64,000 bases of DNA, from assembly GCA_964019335.1 (NCBI GenBank), contig OZ025736.1, forward strand, positions 1 through 64,000, written 5' to 3'. The DNA comes from Diplonema japonicum. Taxonomy: Eukaryota > Protista > Euglenozoa: Diplonemea. Position numbers and translations under genes: made by a program. The notes beneath the pieces were generated by a model that made no database searches, had not been told where the DNA came from, and saw only the letters and a list, made by a program, of their open reading frames with translations. Positions 25,973-36,223 of the stretch are shown here, in pieces; the stretch's first letter is position 1, and each line of letters starts with the position of its first letter.

Positions 25973-26352
25973 AGAGAACCGGCAATTGTGGACACTTTTA
26001 AAGTAAAAAACAAAACAAAAAACAAAAACAAAAAAACCGCGTGATTTTAGCAGAGAAAAAAAAAAAAGAAACACTCATGAAAAGAGCTTAAGACAAAAAA
26101 AAAGCGGGGGGGGTGGGACAGAGAAACACTCTGCAATAATAAATAAATAAATTTGTTTGTGCGCACGAGCAGAATTTTACCTAATAAAATAGCTCATTAC
26201 GCTGCCATCAACTAGTTTTTAGTCTCGACAATAATGTTAAAACAAAAAAAAAAAAATATTGAGCAATAGAAGAAAAAAAAAAAATGACTCTTGGGGAGGA
26301 TAGTTTTTTTCTTATCAAACATTTAAAAAAAAAAAGTAAAATAAAAAAAATA

Positions 26353-26817
26353 TCACATTATACTACAGGAACTTGCGTATTCAGCGGAGTAAAGAACAGC
26401 AGTGTGGTACTCGTTATAAGGATCGCAGTAACAAGCAGGAGGAGAGTCGGGCTGGGGCTTAATCACGGGAGGGATGGGACTCTGCCTTGTCTTTTGACGG
26501 CGTTGGTCCTCCTCAGCTTTTTGTTGTTTTCTCATAGAGCGCGCCTCTATCTCTGTCTGAACCCACCTGTGGAACTTCCTCTCGGAGGTATTGTGCCCGG
26601 GGGGCCCGTAGCACCGGCTCAATTTATTCGGGGAACATTTCCGCTTCTCGCTCAGTGCTTCCGTGTCTGTCTGCACAGCCAACTCCACCCCCCGTCTTGT
26701 TCTCAAGACGCCCTCAATACTCCACTGTTCGCTCGTTATACTCCCGTCCCTGGGGGAACTTTGCGTGCTTGAAGAAGCACTTTGCACACAACGGTGTATA
26801 TTCACCAAGCTGCGCAT
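26353..26817 (-). CDS. Hypothetical protein
   Basis: Homopolymer-free ~155-aa ORF on the gene strand; no recognisable domain. Confidence 0.35.
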   Translation of the reverse strand: MRSLVNIHRCVQSASSSTQSSPRDGSITSEQWSIEGVLRTRRGVELAVQTDTEALSEKRKCSPNKLSRCYGPPGHNTSERKFHRWVQTEIEARSMRKQQKAEEDQRRQKTRQSPIPPVIKPQPDSPPACYCDPYNEYHTAVLYSAEYASSCSIM

Positions 26818-26979
26818 TGCATGTGCAAGAGCCCTGGAAATACTTTCACGGTCAACAAACAAAGGGGCAAGGGGAGAGAAAAAAAAAAAAGTTTTTTTTG
26901 AATTATGGTATGAAGTATGCGTGAAAGGGAGATGGAAATCCTTCCTTTTTTTTTTTCTTTTTTTTTTTTTTTTTGTTAT

Positions 26980-29295
26980 TTACATTTTCTCTCCGCCGTC
27001 TTCTTTTTTATCCCCGGTTGAAAACACCGGTTGTTTCCCTTTCAAATTCTTCCTCAGCCTTTTGATCAGGCACCTCATGGATTGCTCGAACTCTGTGCTG
27101 TCATGGTTCAGATATTTAATACACTTGAAGACAGGATCGATAACCTGGCTGGTACCGGTATACACAACATTAGAAAGAGCCATCTCATCAAGAACCTCAT
27201 CTGTCTGCAATGACTCTTTATACTCCTGAACAATGTCGTACCAAAGATCGTTAACATACACCGCACCAAGGGTTTTGTACTCGGAAATGCTCATATACAT
27301 TTTAAAAGTGTCCCGAGTGAGGGTCACATCTGAGTCTTGCAGGTCTTGATCTTCTCCTTTTAACAGAATATTGTGTTCTTCAATATTATATAAAGTCCGT
27401 TGAAGGCAGTCTGTTATGGAAATACCTTTTTTTAAAAGAGCCAGGGTTGCGTAGATTCGCTCCGGTCGGAAGCATCTGATCATGGACGCGATCCACTGTT
27501 GCAGTTCTTCAGACAACGGTATTGCAGAGTATTTGGCAGACACAACGGCGAAGCCTTCCGCGAGGATCGCGATGGTCATGTTTAACAGTATGAAGAAAAC
27601 GAGAACAACATAACCCCAGAAAAAAGCCCCTGCAAGCACCCTATTCTCTCGCCTCATTGCCGGGTATATCCCAGAATCACCATCCTGCAGCCTTCCGAAA
27701 TCCCCAACTAACATCCGTAGCAGTGTTGTGTATGAAGTGTCAATACTGTGGAATTCCCACATTGTTGTGCCGAATAGTGACGTGCCTGCCAATGCAAATG
27801 CGAGTACCGACCATGCAAATAAAGCTAGCACCCCGACAAGCTGAGATTTCCGTTCTGCTATCGACAGTGTCAATACCCCAAGCCTCGGGTTCAACCTCAA
27901 GAATTTCAAGATTTTCAGGAACACAAGCGTTACGTTTCCAGCGTTCGCGTAGATTTGAAGCGACCATAGTGTCAGCAAGAAGTCGAGGTCCTTCGGGTAG
28001 GTCGGTGGATATGGGAAGCTGTTGTTTTCCGATTGTTTCGAAATATCCCACCACGCCCAGCGCACCGCGAAGACCACTAAAAAAACGATTAAATTCACGA
28101 ATTCCAACGCGTTCCAAACATCGAATAAAAACGCGACGATCTTCCCCTTCGTCCGTTTGAACACGATCCAGTCTCGCGAGAAGGCGTAGATGTAGTACAG
28201 AATGTACACAAAAAAGAAAAAATCGAATATGGTCTGCCCTTGCGACCGGGATTGCGTCCAGAGCAAGAACGTCCGAAACTGGTACTGAGGGAGCAAAGCA
28301 CCGCTTGGAGAAAATTCCACGAAAAGCTTGACCGACGTAAAGGAGTTGATGGCAGGACTGTACGTGAAGAACTCCACAGACACAAACCTAGTTTGAACAC
28401 TGTCTATAAAAGGGTACTTTACCAAGACATTCACTAAATCTTGAACCTCGCCACATGTTTTTTCAAATGGGATATCGATAACGTACCCGCCACAGTGATA
28501 CCAAGCAATCTGCCCTGTCGTGTATTGCCCGCCTTCCACCTCATCGCACTGGTAATGCGTGTAAAGAGTTGTTTCCTTCCGGTTTGCGTCTGCGGAAGCG
28601 GGTTGCAAAGGGTTTTGAATCCCGAATCGGGTATCGGTTTCCTCCCCATTCCCCGCAAGACCGTAACACGGCTCCATTAGAGTTTCATTGAACAAATTGG
28701 GTTCTAGTGAACAGGATTCGTTTGACGCACGGATGGTACGGAGGCGGAGGGCGCCAAGTAAATAATTCGTGCCTTGCATCGTCCGCGTCCCTACCGATTT
28801 GTTTGCATCGCCACCACACGGGTGGAAAACGTTTGGGACTAAGACTGAGCTGAACCAGTTGTTCCAGTCGGGTACACTAGTGATGTCAACATATGTTTTC
28901 GTGTATTCAAAATCGCTGAGTTCGTTGCCCATTACACGGTCACGTAGAACGCCGCTTGTGTAGTACGACTCTTCTATGTGTCGGCCGCCGTAGACGAATA
29001 TTGTGAACATAACAACGAATGGGATGTAGATGATGAGGTCCGTGTATAATATAGATTTTTTTATCCGGGTTTCAATGACCTTTACCACAATTGGGAGCGG
29101 GACGCTCGTTGCCATCACGTAGTCGGTACCAGCGAGGTCGTCGGCCCAGTTCGTTGGTTCGCCGAAGGCCAGCGCCGGGCACGGGGGTTCTCCCTCCGGG
29201 CGCACGAACAGCCCGCCATCCTTGTCCTCTCCAAGCCCTTTCGACGACTCCGAGGAACGGTTGTCCCCATCCTCTGATTGCTTACCTTCGTTCAT
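26980..29295 (-). CDS. PKD2: Polycystin-2 (PKD2/TRPP) family cation channel
   Basis: LLGALRLRTIR (polycystin loop), TRFVSVEFFTYSP, FLFDVWNALEF, LKILKFLRLNPRL, pore TLLRMLVGDF, FFILLNMTIAIL. Start may lie upstream (ORF open to 29409). Confidence 0.88.
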   Translation of the reverse strand: MNEGKQSEDGDNRSSESSKGLGEDKDGGLFVRPEGEPPCPALAFGEPTNWADDLAGTDYVMATSVPLPIVVKVIETRIKKSILYTDLIIYIPFVVMFTIFVYGGRHIEESYYTSGVLRDRVMGNELSDFEYTKTYVDITSVPDWNNWFSSVLVPNVFHPCGGDANKSVGTRTMQGTNYLLGALRLRTIRASNESCSLEPNLFNETLMEPCYGLAGNGEETDTRFGIQNPLQPASADANRKETTLYTHYQCDEVEGGQYTTGQIAWYHCGGYVIDIPFEKTCGEVQDLVNVLVKYPFIDSVQTRFVSVEFFTYSPAINSFTSVKLFVEFSPSGALLPQYQFRTFLLWTQSRSQGQTIFDFFFFVYILYYIYAFSRDWIVFKRTKGKIVAFLFDVWNALEFVNLIVFLVVFAVRWAWWDISKQSENNSFPYPPTYPKDLDFLLTLWSLQIYANAGNVTLVFLKILKFLRLNPRLGVLTLSIAERKSQLVGVLALFAWSVLAFALAGTSLFGTTMWEFHSIDTSYTTLLRMLVGDFGRLQDGDSGIYPAMRRENRVLAGAFFWGYVVLVFFILLNMTIAILAEGFAVVSAKYSAIPLSEELQQWIASMIRCFRPERIYATLALLKKGISITDCLQRTLYNIEEHNILLKGEDQDLQDSDVTLTRDTFKMYMSISEYKTLGAVYVNDLWYDIVQEYKESLQTDEVLDEMALSNVVYTGTSQVIDPVFKCIKYLNHDSTEFEQSMRCLIKRLRKNLKGKQPVFSTGDKKEDGGEKM

Positions 29296-29561
29296 GACTT
29301 TACCTTGCTGAGCATCATTGAGGTCGGGGTTGGAGGCTCGAGGGGAATTAATGTTATATTTTTCCTTTTTGTTTTTTTGTGTGTTGTGTTTTTTTTTTTT
29401 TTTTGGCATAATAATTAGGGGGGGGGGGGGGAGAAGAGAAAAAAAAGAAAACGTTAGGTTGAGGGGACGAGGTAGTACTTGAACAGAAGAAAAGAAAAAA
29501 ACGGAAAGAAGCAGAATTCACAAAAATAACGCCACACTTTTCCCCCCCCCAAAAAAAAAGA

Positions 29562-30743
29562 CTAAAAACAGTTGATGTGCAACATGTTATTAGGTGTCGC
29601 GGTGCCTGCCTGCATGACGATCCCCTTAAGCGAATCGTCGATCAGCTTCTGCTTGACGTTTGCAGGGGTGGTTGTGGGTGCCGATGTGAGGATGACGGCG
29701 ACGGCAGCGGCAACATGCGGGGTGGCCATCGACGTCCCGGACAAGCTCGCGTAAGAAGTGTCCGAGGTGAAAAAAGCAGCGACGATAGTCGACCCAGGAG
29801 CGAAGAGGTCCACGCAACGGCCGTAGTTAGCGAACGACGTTCGGGCATCGACGAGAATACCACCGGAGTTGCCCAGCTCTGTCGACGACACTGTAATGAC
29901 GTTTGTGTCAGAGGCAGGGCTGTAATTGCACGCATCATCACCGTTGTTTCCCGCAGCAACAACCATGTGCATGCTATCATTCACAGCTGCCGACACTGCG
30001 TTGTTAATAGCACTGGACAGCTCGACTTCGAAGGCCATCGTTGCAACGGAAGGTTTACCTGTTGTTTTCATGTCGGTGGTTGCCCATTGGAGCCCTTGGA
30101 TGATGCTAGATGTGGTCCCGGCACCGTTGTCCCCTAACACTTTTACGGAAATAATATGTGCGGATTTTGAAACACCGTATCTTGTGCCGGATACAATGCC
30201 TGCCACGTGGGTGCCGTGTCCTGTGTTGTCGGCGTTGGTGCCGCCTGCGGTGTTGGCTCCTTCGGTGCATTTGCCTGTGAGGTCTTGATGCGTGCATCGG
30301 ACGCCAGTGTCGAGGACGTACACGTTGACGCCAGTGCCCCATTCAGGGTCGTGTGCGAAGCTGTCAAGAGCGTCTTCGGCGGAAGATGTCGTGCATCGTG
30401 TTTGCCCCCATGATACGTTTTTGGTTTGAACCGCGGGGCAGTGGTTTGCCACTTTCACTATCATGTTGTGTTCGATGCTGGCCACCACGTTGTCGTGGTG
30501 CAGGGCCCACTGCAGCATCGCGTCCTCCATCCTCGCGAACACCGCCTTGAAGCCGCTTCCTATCGCCATGGGTTCGCCTCGGATCCTCCTGCTCACCTCG
30601 TCGAAAACTCGGTCGGTTACGTTCTTCTTTAGCACCACGATGTACTCCCCTGGGATGACATCCTCAGGCACGCGAGGGGGCGTCACCACCAACCCGGCGG
30701 CGCTGCATACTACAACCAGCAGCACAGCTGTTCTCATCATCAT
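29562..30743 (-). CDS. Secreted subtilisin S8, proteinase K-like, with I9 propeptide
   Basis: Signal peptide MMMRTAVLLVVVCSAAG, IPGEYIVVLK propeptide, intact triad VYVLDTG / HGTHVAG / GTSMATPHV. Confidence 0.93.
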   Translation of the reverse strand: MMMRTAVLLVVVCSAAGLVVTPPRVPEDVIPGEYIVVLKKNVTDRVFDEVSRRIRGEPMAIGSGFKAVFARMEDAMLQWALHHDNVVASIEHNMIVKVANHCPAVQTKNVSWGQTRCTTSSAEDALDSFAHDPEWGTGVNVYVLDTGVRCTHQDLTGKCTEGANTAGGTNADNTGHGTHVAGIVSGTRYGVSKSAHIISVKVLGDNGAGTTSSIIQGLQWATTDMKTTGKPSVATMAFEVELSSAINNAVSAAVNDSMHMVVAAGNNGDDACNYSPASDTNVITVSSTELGNSGGILVDARTSFANYGRCVDLFAPGSTIVAAFFTSDTSYASLSGTSMATPHVAAAVAVILTSAPTTTPANVKQKLIDDSLKGIVMQAGTATPNNMLHINCF

Positions 30744-30912
30744 TGTTTTTTTTCTTTTTCTTTTTCTTTTTTTTTTCCTTTTCTTGATGACCTCCCTTTT
30801 TTTTTTTTTTAAATGGGTTTGGAAGGGTGATATCAAAAAAAAAAACTTTTTTTTTTTCCATAACACAAATTGTACTAAAATCTAAAAATAAAGGGGAGAG
30901 GGGGTATATTTA

Positions 30913-30947
<35 letters not shown>

Positions 30948-30948
<1 letters not shown>

Positions 30949-32336
30949 CACGGTTGGTCAAGCTGGAGGTGCAGGATAAACTGAGGGCAGAGAAGCCCCG
31001 GATCACGAACCATCCACTCCCCGTCCCTTTCGTTCCAATGCACGTTCGGGTCCTTTGCCGGGGTCAGCAACTTCAACCCGAGAACTTTAACAGTGGTAGG
31101 TAAAGGAACAGCCTGCGGCTCTTGCGAGCGTGCATACTGCCAAGAGAGGAGCGACTGGCTTTCACAATTCGCGTATTTCGCAGCATTGCCGACATCGGAA
31201 GAAACGTAACAAACAGCAGCGTCGGGTGTGGCGAGGGAAGGACCGTCCGACACATTATCAGGATGCGATGCAGGCAGCAACCCATGCGTGAAGATAGGCT
31301 CGAACAACCGTTCATGTGTCCCGTGGAACACAGTCCGCTCCTTAACATCACTATCATCATCCTGCCGCAACAGGTAATCGCTTTCGAGCAACGGACACGA
31401 CAAATCTGTCACACCGATCAACGTAAAAGCAACATCATTACGCCGCTTCACAAGCCCGCGAAGCGACTTCAAGAACAACTGGAACTTCCAATGCGTCTTG
31501 GGCAACGGCTTGCAGATGTAATCCGACCCACTATCTCGTATCTCACTGCGTTCCTTAAGCGGCAACGCTGTCGAAGAAAGCGCAACATGCTTCGGCCCCG
31601 ACGTGTCGATAGTGAGAGAGGTGTCAATGAGAACGGAACGAGGCGGGGTGGCACCTTGCTTTCGATTCCGCCATCTGTCGGCGTATGATAATGTTTGTTT
31701 CGGCGATGCTCCCGAAGCTACAGATCCTGTCCGTGCTGTGCTCACCGCACGTTTCGTCGGAGTGATGCTACGCGGAGGTGGAGATGTCGAACATCCAGCA
31801 ACTACCGACAATGTATTAGGCCGCCATTGCGGAGATGGTGCGTGGTGTGGTGTACCATCTGTCGTTTGTACTTTGACCCTCCCTCCCAGCTGCATATTAA
31901 TGAGCTTCTTTGTTAATGCGGAATCCTTCCCTGTTGAAAGCAGTTTGTCGCGTTTCTTCGACTGTCTCCGACGTGGGGGGCTTTCACTGAACTCGTCTCT
32001 ATAATAGTGCCGTCCTTCATGGTAAAGCAACCTGTTTCGTGTTAGGGAGTAAATATCCTGTGGTTCAAGGATGGTTGGGACTGGGGATGCGGATCTTACA
32101 GAGTTGACCTCGATTCCGCTTTTGTAGCTTAGAGCGGGTGTTGCTGTTACCTGGCTTCCGGTCATGCTGCCGCTTGTTATTCTTGCCACCATGGCTTTTC
32201 TTTCTATGTAGCAGTCTTCGCAGATCACCTCTTCTCCCATCTCTCGCTCGGTTGCGACTGAGATGGCGTCGACGTCCTCTGTTCGGTGGAAGTCGAGTTG
32301 GCAGCCTGCGCAGATGCGAGGCCACGTGTGCATCAT
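30948..32336 (-). CDS. ADP-ribosyltransferase (PARP-catalytic-like) protein with N-terminal C4 zinc finger
   Basis: TVFHGT...IFTHGL, CYVSSDVGNAAKYA and EWMV give an H-Y-E-like triad; N-terminal CAGC...CEDC. Confidence 0.7.
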
Positions 32337-32584
32337 TTTTTTTCTTTTCTTCCCTCTCCCTCTCCCCACCTTTTTTTTTTTTTTTTTTTTTGCTTGGACA
32401 ACAAAGAAATTACTATAACAATATAACGCCTTGTATCTCTTCAGGAAAGGTGTGCCCGGATTGGTTTTTTTTTTGGGGGGGTTTTTCAAAAAAAAAAAAA
32501 AAGACCGAGTGTTCATAGTGCATTGTTTTGAAAAAATATATGCAATTTTTTTCTGTCGTCTTCCAAACACAAGGGGGATGTGCT

Positions 32585-32637
<53 letters not shown>

Positions 32638-32694
32638 ATAAAATGGGCGCAATGACATTGTATCAGCTGCCCTGCATGGCTTCTTTTTTCTTAA

Positions 32695-34773
32695 TCATCG
32701 CGTAGGCCTCCCACAGCCTGGTCCGCTCCGCTCGGAACACCTCCGCACAGTTTGCGATGAACCGTTTCTGTGTAAAAAAATTAAAAAAATTCTTTTTAAA
32801 AAAAAAATCGCATACCCTGCAAACCTCTGCCGCGTTTTCTTCATCGACCCAACAGGGATGAAGTCGCCTTCGGTTTCCTTGTTTTTTTCAGCCTTGCTCT
32901 CGACTTCTGACAGCAGGACCTTCTCGGCGTATCGAGAGGCTTTATAGATCCAGAGGATTCGTTGGTAGATTTCGGTGGCGAGATCAGAGGTGGAGGGGTT
33001 GATCTCATGATCAAGCTCAACTATATCCAGCATCACAAAGTGGTGCAGCATTATCTGCGAGAATGACTCAGATGACTTCACACAGATGTCCCGGACGTAC
33101 TCACGGATTTCGTGGCGCTGAGAGCGCTCGTTTCGAAGCAGCGCTTCGTTTTTCGAAAGCGTGAAATGCGAGCAGATCACAGATGCGGGAACCGCAAAGA
33201 CCAAGACGCCTATGACCATGCACACCCCGGCTAAAACGCGACCAGCTCCTGTAGTTGGAGCAGCGTCGCCATATCCCACTGTAGTTATCGTTTCAATACA
33301 CCACCAGTAAAAGTCCAACTGGCTTTGAAAAGGTGAGAGTTCCTTGTAATGAACCGTCGAGTTGTCGATTACAACAGCTGGTTCGAGGTTTCTAATCCAG
33401 AAGCTTCTGTTTCCATCTGTTCCCTCGATGAACTCGTAGCCACCCGCCCCGCTTCGCATCTCCACGAAGTACATTAGGTCCCCCATCGCCAGAATGCACA
33501 ACCCCAGTAAAAACACCCCCACCGACAATGTGTAAGCAGAGGCTACAACCACAGTCGACAGTTTTTGCAGGTGCGACCCCATGTACGCTGTAGCCTTGAA
33601 AACCCTTAAAACGGTTACCATGTTGATGTGGCCGATGAACCCGGTCGTCACAGCACTGTCCCCCCCGCACCATACCCATATCATCCTCACGTAGAATGGA
33701 ATACAGGACACCAGTTCGAACACCGACAACGGTTTCTTCAGCTGGGTTTCGATAGAGGGTGCGACCAGAACCTTGAGGAGCCACTCCAGTGTGAAGTAAA
33801 TGGTGAACGCGGCCTCCAAACCATCGAAGACCCTTTGAGTTCCCCGATCGGGGTCGTAGTACTCCGGAAGGCTCGCCACACAGTAGAACACAGCCCACCC
33901 GGTTAAAACCAGAATCTGAAACGCGGCGACGGAGTTCTTCAACGAGCAACAGTCGCTTTCCTGCTGGTGGTCGGTGTCCCCTTCCGTCATTTCGGTGGAC
34001 GGGGGTTTTAAAATCTCCCATATGTCGGCTTGCAATTCTTGCCACCACGTCATCTGAATCCCCTCGAGGTACTCGTTCCTAGGGTCCTGCAGGTAAAGGG
34101 ACCCGTTAGAAGAGGCATCGTCGTCTACCCGTTCTAGCAAGGCGTCGCGGAGACGGTCTGCTGCGGAGAGAATCAACGGTGGGCGGTAGGCACCTTCGGC
34201 CCATCCGTAGAGCAGCACAGTGTCGGCGATGACTTTGCATTTCCTGCGGATCGCTGCGGGGCAGGACGCGTCGGAGAGCTTCGAGATGGCCTTCTGTGTG
34301 AGGTGGTTGAGCCGTAGCTGCTCGCCTGTCACGTCGTCAGAGGACCTCAGTGCTGTGATCAGCATCGCAAGGGCGTCGTTGAAGTGTGGCAGCGGGTCCA
34401 CCAGGGAGTCCTCAAACAATGGAGCTGCAGCAAGGTCCTGCCATGACGCCAGCACCCTCGTTCCAAACAGTGCTGCAAGCCCTGTCCCGTTTCTCTGAGG
34501 GGTGGAGTCGGGATCCAGCTGCCACAAGATGCTGCTTTTCCTGCTGCCCGCTAGCGTCCTGCTTCTCGGTGTCGCGTCCGTGCTGTCGCTTTCCACGCTC
34601 GCCTTCGAGGCGGAGGTGTAGGGTTTCAGCCTGCCTCGGTACTCTTGCACGCCTGTCTTTTTGAACATCCATTCCTTCCTCGCTTCTCTGTGTAGTGGTT
34701 TTTTGTCGGTGAACGCGAAGCTGCCTCTTCTGCTGTTCATCCCCCCTCGATGGCTTCCGTCGTTGGATCCCAT
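32695..34773 (-). CDS. Kv-like six-TM potassium channel; probable intron 32768-32815
   Basis: Filter WWCIETITTVGYGD, S6 GVLVFAVPASVI, S2 FTLEWLLK, S3 ELVSCIPFYV. Confidence 0.88.
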   Translation of the reverse strand: MGSNDGSHRGGMNSRRGSFAFTDKKPLHREARKEWMFKKTGVQEYRGRLKPYTSASKASVESDSTDATPRSRTLAGSRKSSILWQLDPDSTPQRNGTGLAALFGTRVLASWQDLAAAPLFEDSLVDPLPHFNDALAMLITALRSSDDVTGEQLRLNHLTQKAISKLSDASCPAAIRRKCKVIADTVLLYGWAEGAYRPPLILSAADRLRDALLERVDDDASSNGSLYLQDPRNEYLEGIQMTWWQELQADIWEILKPPSTEMTEGDTDHQQESDCCSLKNSVAAFQILVLTGWAVFYCVASLPEYYDPDRGTQRVFDGLEAAFTIYFTLEWLLKVLVAPSIETQLKKPLSVFELVSCIPFYVRMIWVWCGGDSAVTTGFIGHINMVTVLRVFKATAYMGSHLQKLSTVVVASAYTLSVGVFLLGLCILAMGDLMYFVEMRSGAGGYEFIEGTDGNRSFWIRNLEPAVVIDNSTVHYKELSPFQSQLDFYWWCIETITTVGYGDAAPTTGAGRVLAGVCMVIGVLVFAVPASVICSHFTLSKNEALLRNERSQRHEIREYVRDICVKSSESFSQIMLHHFVMLDIVELDHEINPSTSDLATEIYQRILWIYKASRYAEKVLLSEVESKAEKNKETEGDFIPVGSMKKTRQRFAGYAIFFLKRIFLIFLHRNGSSQTVRRCSERSGPGCGRPTR

Positions 34774-34900
34774 TTCTTTTTTTCGTTTCTTTTTTTTTTT
34801 CTCTTTTCTACATCCAAACCAACTTTGGGGTGTGTAATCTTTTGAGAGAGTAAGAGATAGAAGGAAGAGAAAAGAAGATTTGAAAAAAAAAAAAAAAAGA

Positions 34901-34929
34901 AATTCGGTGTGCGGGTGGGTGCTCACCGT
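34901..34929 (-). repeat. Solo copy of LINE 3'-end stem-loop
   Basis: aattcggtgtgcgggtgggtgctcaccgt is identical to 4279-4307. Confidence 0.7.
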
Positions 34930-34996
34930 GAGAAAAGAAAAGAAGAAAAGAGAGATAGAAAAATAAAAAATAAAAAAATGCGCTTTTTCTTTTTAA

Positions 34997-35520
34997 CCCA
35001 TAAAGGACCGGAGCTGAATATTCAGCTAAATTTTTTTTTTAATTCTGCTAAGGCATTTTTAGTGCTCTGCATGCCCACTCTTTAAAGAGGGGCCTTATTG
35101 CGCGACTTTTTTTATACTGAACGCTAAATCGCCCGTAAATTTTTGCATCCAAACTGCAAGGGGAGAAAAAAAATTGCGGCACAGACATAGTTTTTTTTTA
35201 CACCCCATAAGGAGTAGTGCCGAAAGTACTTCTGAAGAAGGGTCGGTGTCACCGGATGATGGGGATATCCCAAGAGATCTATGGTTAAATGCTGCGCGTT
35301 TCTGGGTGAATAAATCGGGATTTGCTGCATTTTCCCCGTTTTCGTGACAGCCGAATTTCGGTTCATTTTTATGTTTCATCCCTCCACATTGTATTTTTTT
35401 CTCAAAAGCAAGCCCTTTAACGGAGTTTTCGGGACTATTTACACGTTTCTTTCATACTTCCTGTGGTTGCATGCTGCCCCTTTTTTGTGAATATTTAAAA
35501 AAGCGTTTTTTTTCGCATTT
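34997..35520. mobile_element. piggyBac-related terminal remnant
   Basis: TTAA|CCCATAAAGGACCGGAGC resembles TTAA|CCCCTAAACGCCCGGAGC at 49142. 35455-35500 shares ggttgcatgctgccc-tttttt with the piggyBac subterminal region (59740-59780). No matching second TIR found. Confidence 0.5.
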
Positions 35521-35699
35521 TTCGAAAAAAAGCATTGACAAATAGCGGAGAGGTGACCATATTTATTTATTTTGAGAAAAAACACCGTTCACGGTAAGCA
35601 AATAACTTTTTTCCACCAAGTACTGTAAGCAGAATTTTTACCTCTATTCACGATAACTTGGAACTTTTTTTCCACCAAGTACGGTAATCACAACTTTTT

Positions 35700-35970
35700 T
35701 TCCCGGTATCCCATCTTGCAAACACCTCACCCCTTCAAGATCCATCTTGCTGACGTGACCAGAATGAAGGGGATCCTAAGTATTGTACATGGCCAGGGTC
35801 TTGGCCTTTATCACGTCATCAAGGGCATTCCTTTCAGCAAGAGCCAATTTCAATTTCCATTCAACTTAATTTTTAGCAGCCGCAGCTTGTAGTGTTGACT
35901 GGCTTTTACTACGATGTTTGTCTTTGTACTAAGCTCTTTCCCGCACTTGCCACAAGCTGTGTGTCTTCCA
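35700..35970 (-). pseudogene. Decayed, internally deleted paralogue of the 36224-37327 ORF
   Basis: PLHSGHVSKMDLEGV vs TLHSRYVCENDLERV (DNA 35726-35772 vs 36528-36574). Same upstream motif; stop codon, frameshift and no ATG. Confidence 0.55.
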
Positions 35971-35996
35971 ATTTTTCTTCTTTTTTTGTAGACCTT

Positions 35997-36017
35997 TTTC
36001 TAGGATTGTGGATCGGG
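35997..36017 (-). promoter_or_regulatory. Private 21-bp upstream motif CCCGATCYACAMTYCTAGAAA, copy 1 (others 37364-37384, 38063-38083)
   Basis: Three copies, each ~30-40 nt upstream of a (pseudo)gene start and preceded by a pyrimidine tract; contains a candidate YAG acceptor. Confidence 0.55.
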
Positions 36018-36223
36018 TGGAGAAAAAGAAACACGGCAAAACTTGTCGTTTTTTCGTTTTTCTTTTGAAGAATGAAAGAAAACGAAGAAGAAAAGAGAAT
36101 GGGCTGTTCTACACTACGTTGTGTGGGAGCTAATTACTTGGTAACTCCATTGCTTATACATGTCCGAAAAATCCAACACACATATAGCACACTCCCTCGA
36201 GGAGGTGCTTTTTGCCTTCGCGC

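Noticed and set aside
26977-26984. Pumilio element UGUAAAUA overlapping the PKD2 stop codon
   Set aside because: A single 8-mer in AT-rich sequence is expected by chance.
35590-35705. Short direct repeats as a CRISPR-like array beside HNH-like genes
   Set aside because: Only 2-3 irregular copies with no constant spacer length; better read as subterminal repeats.
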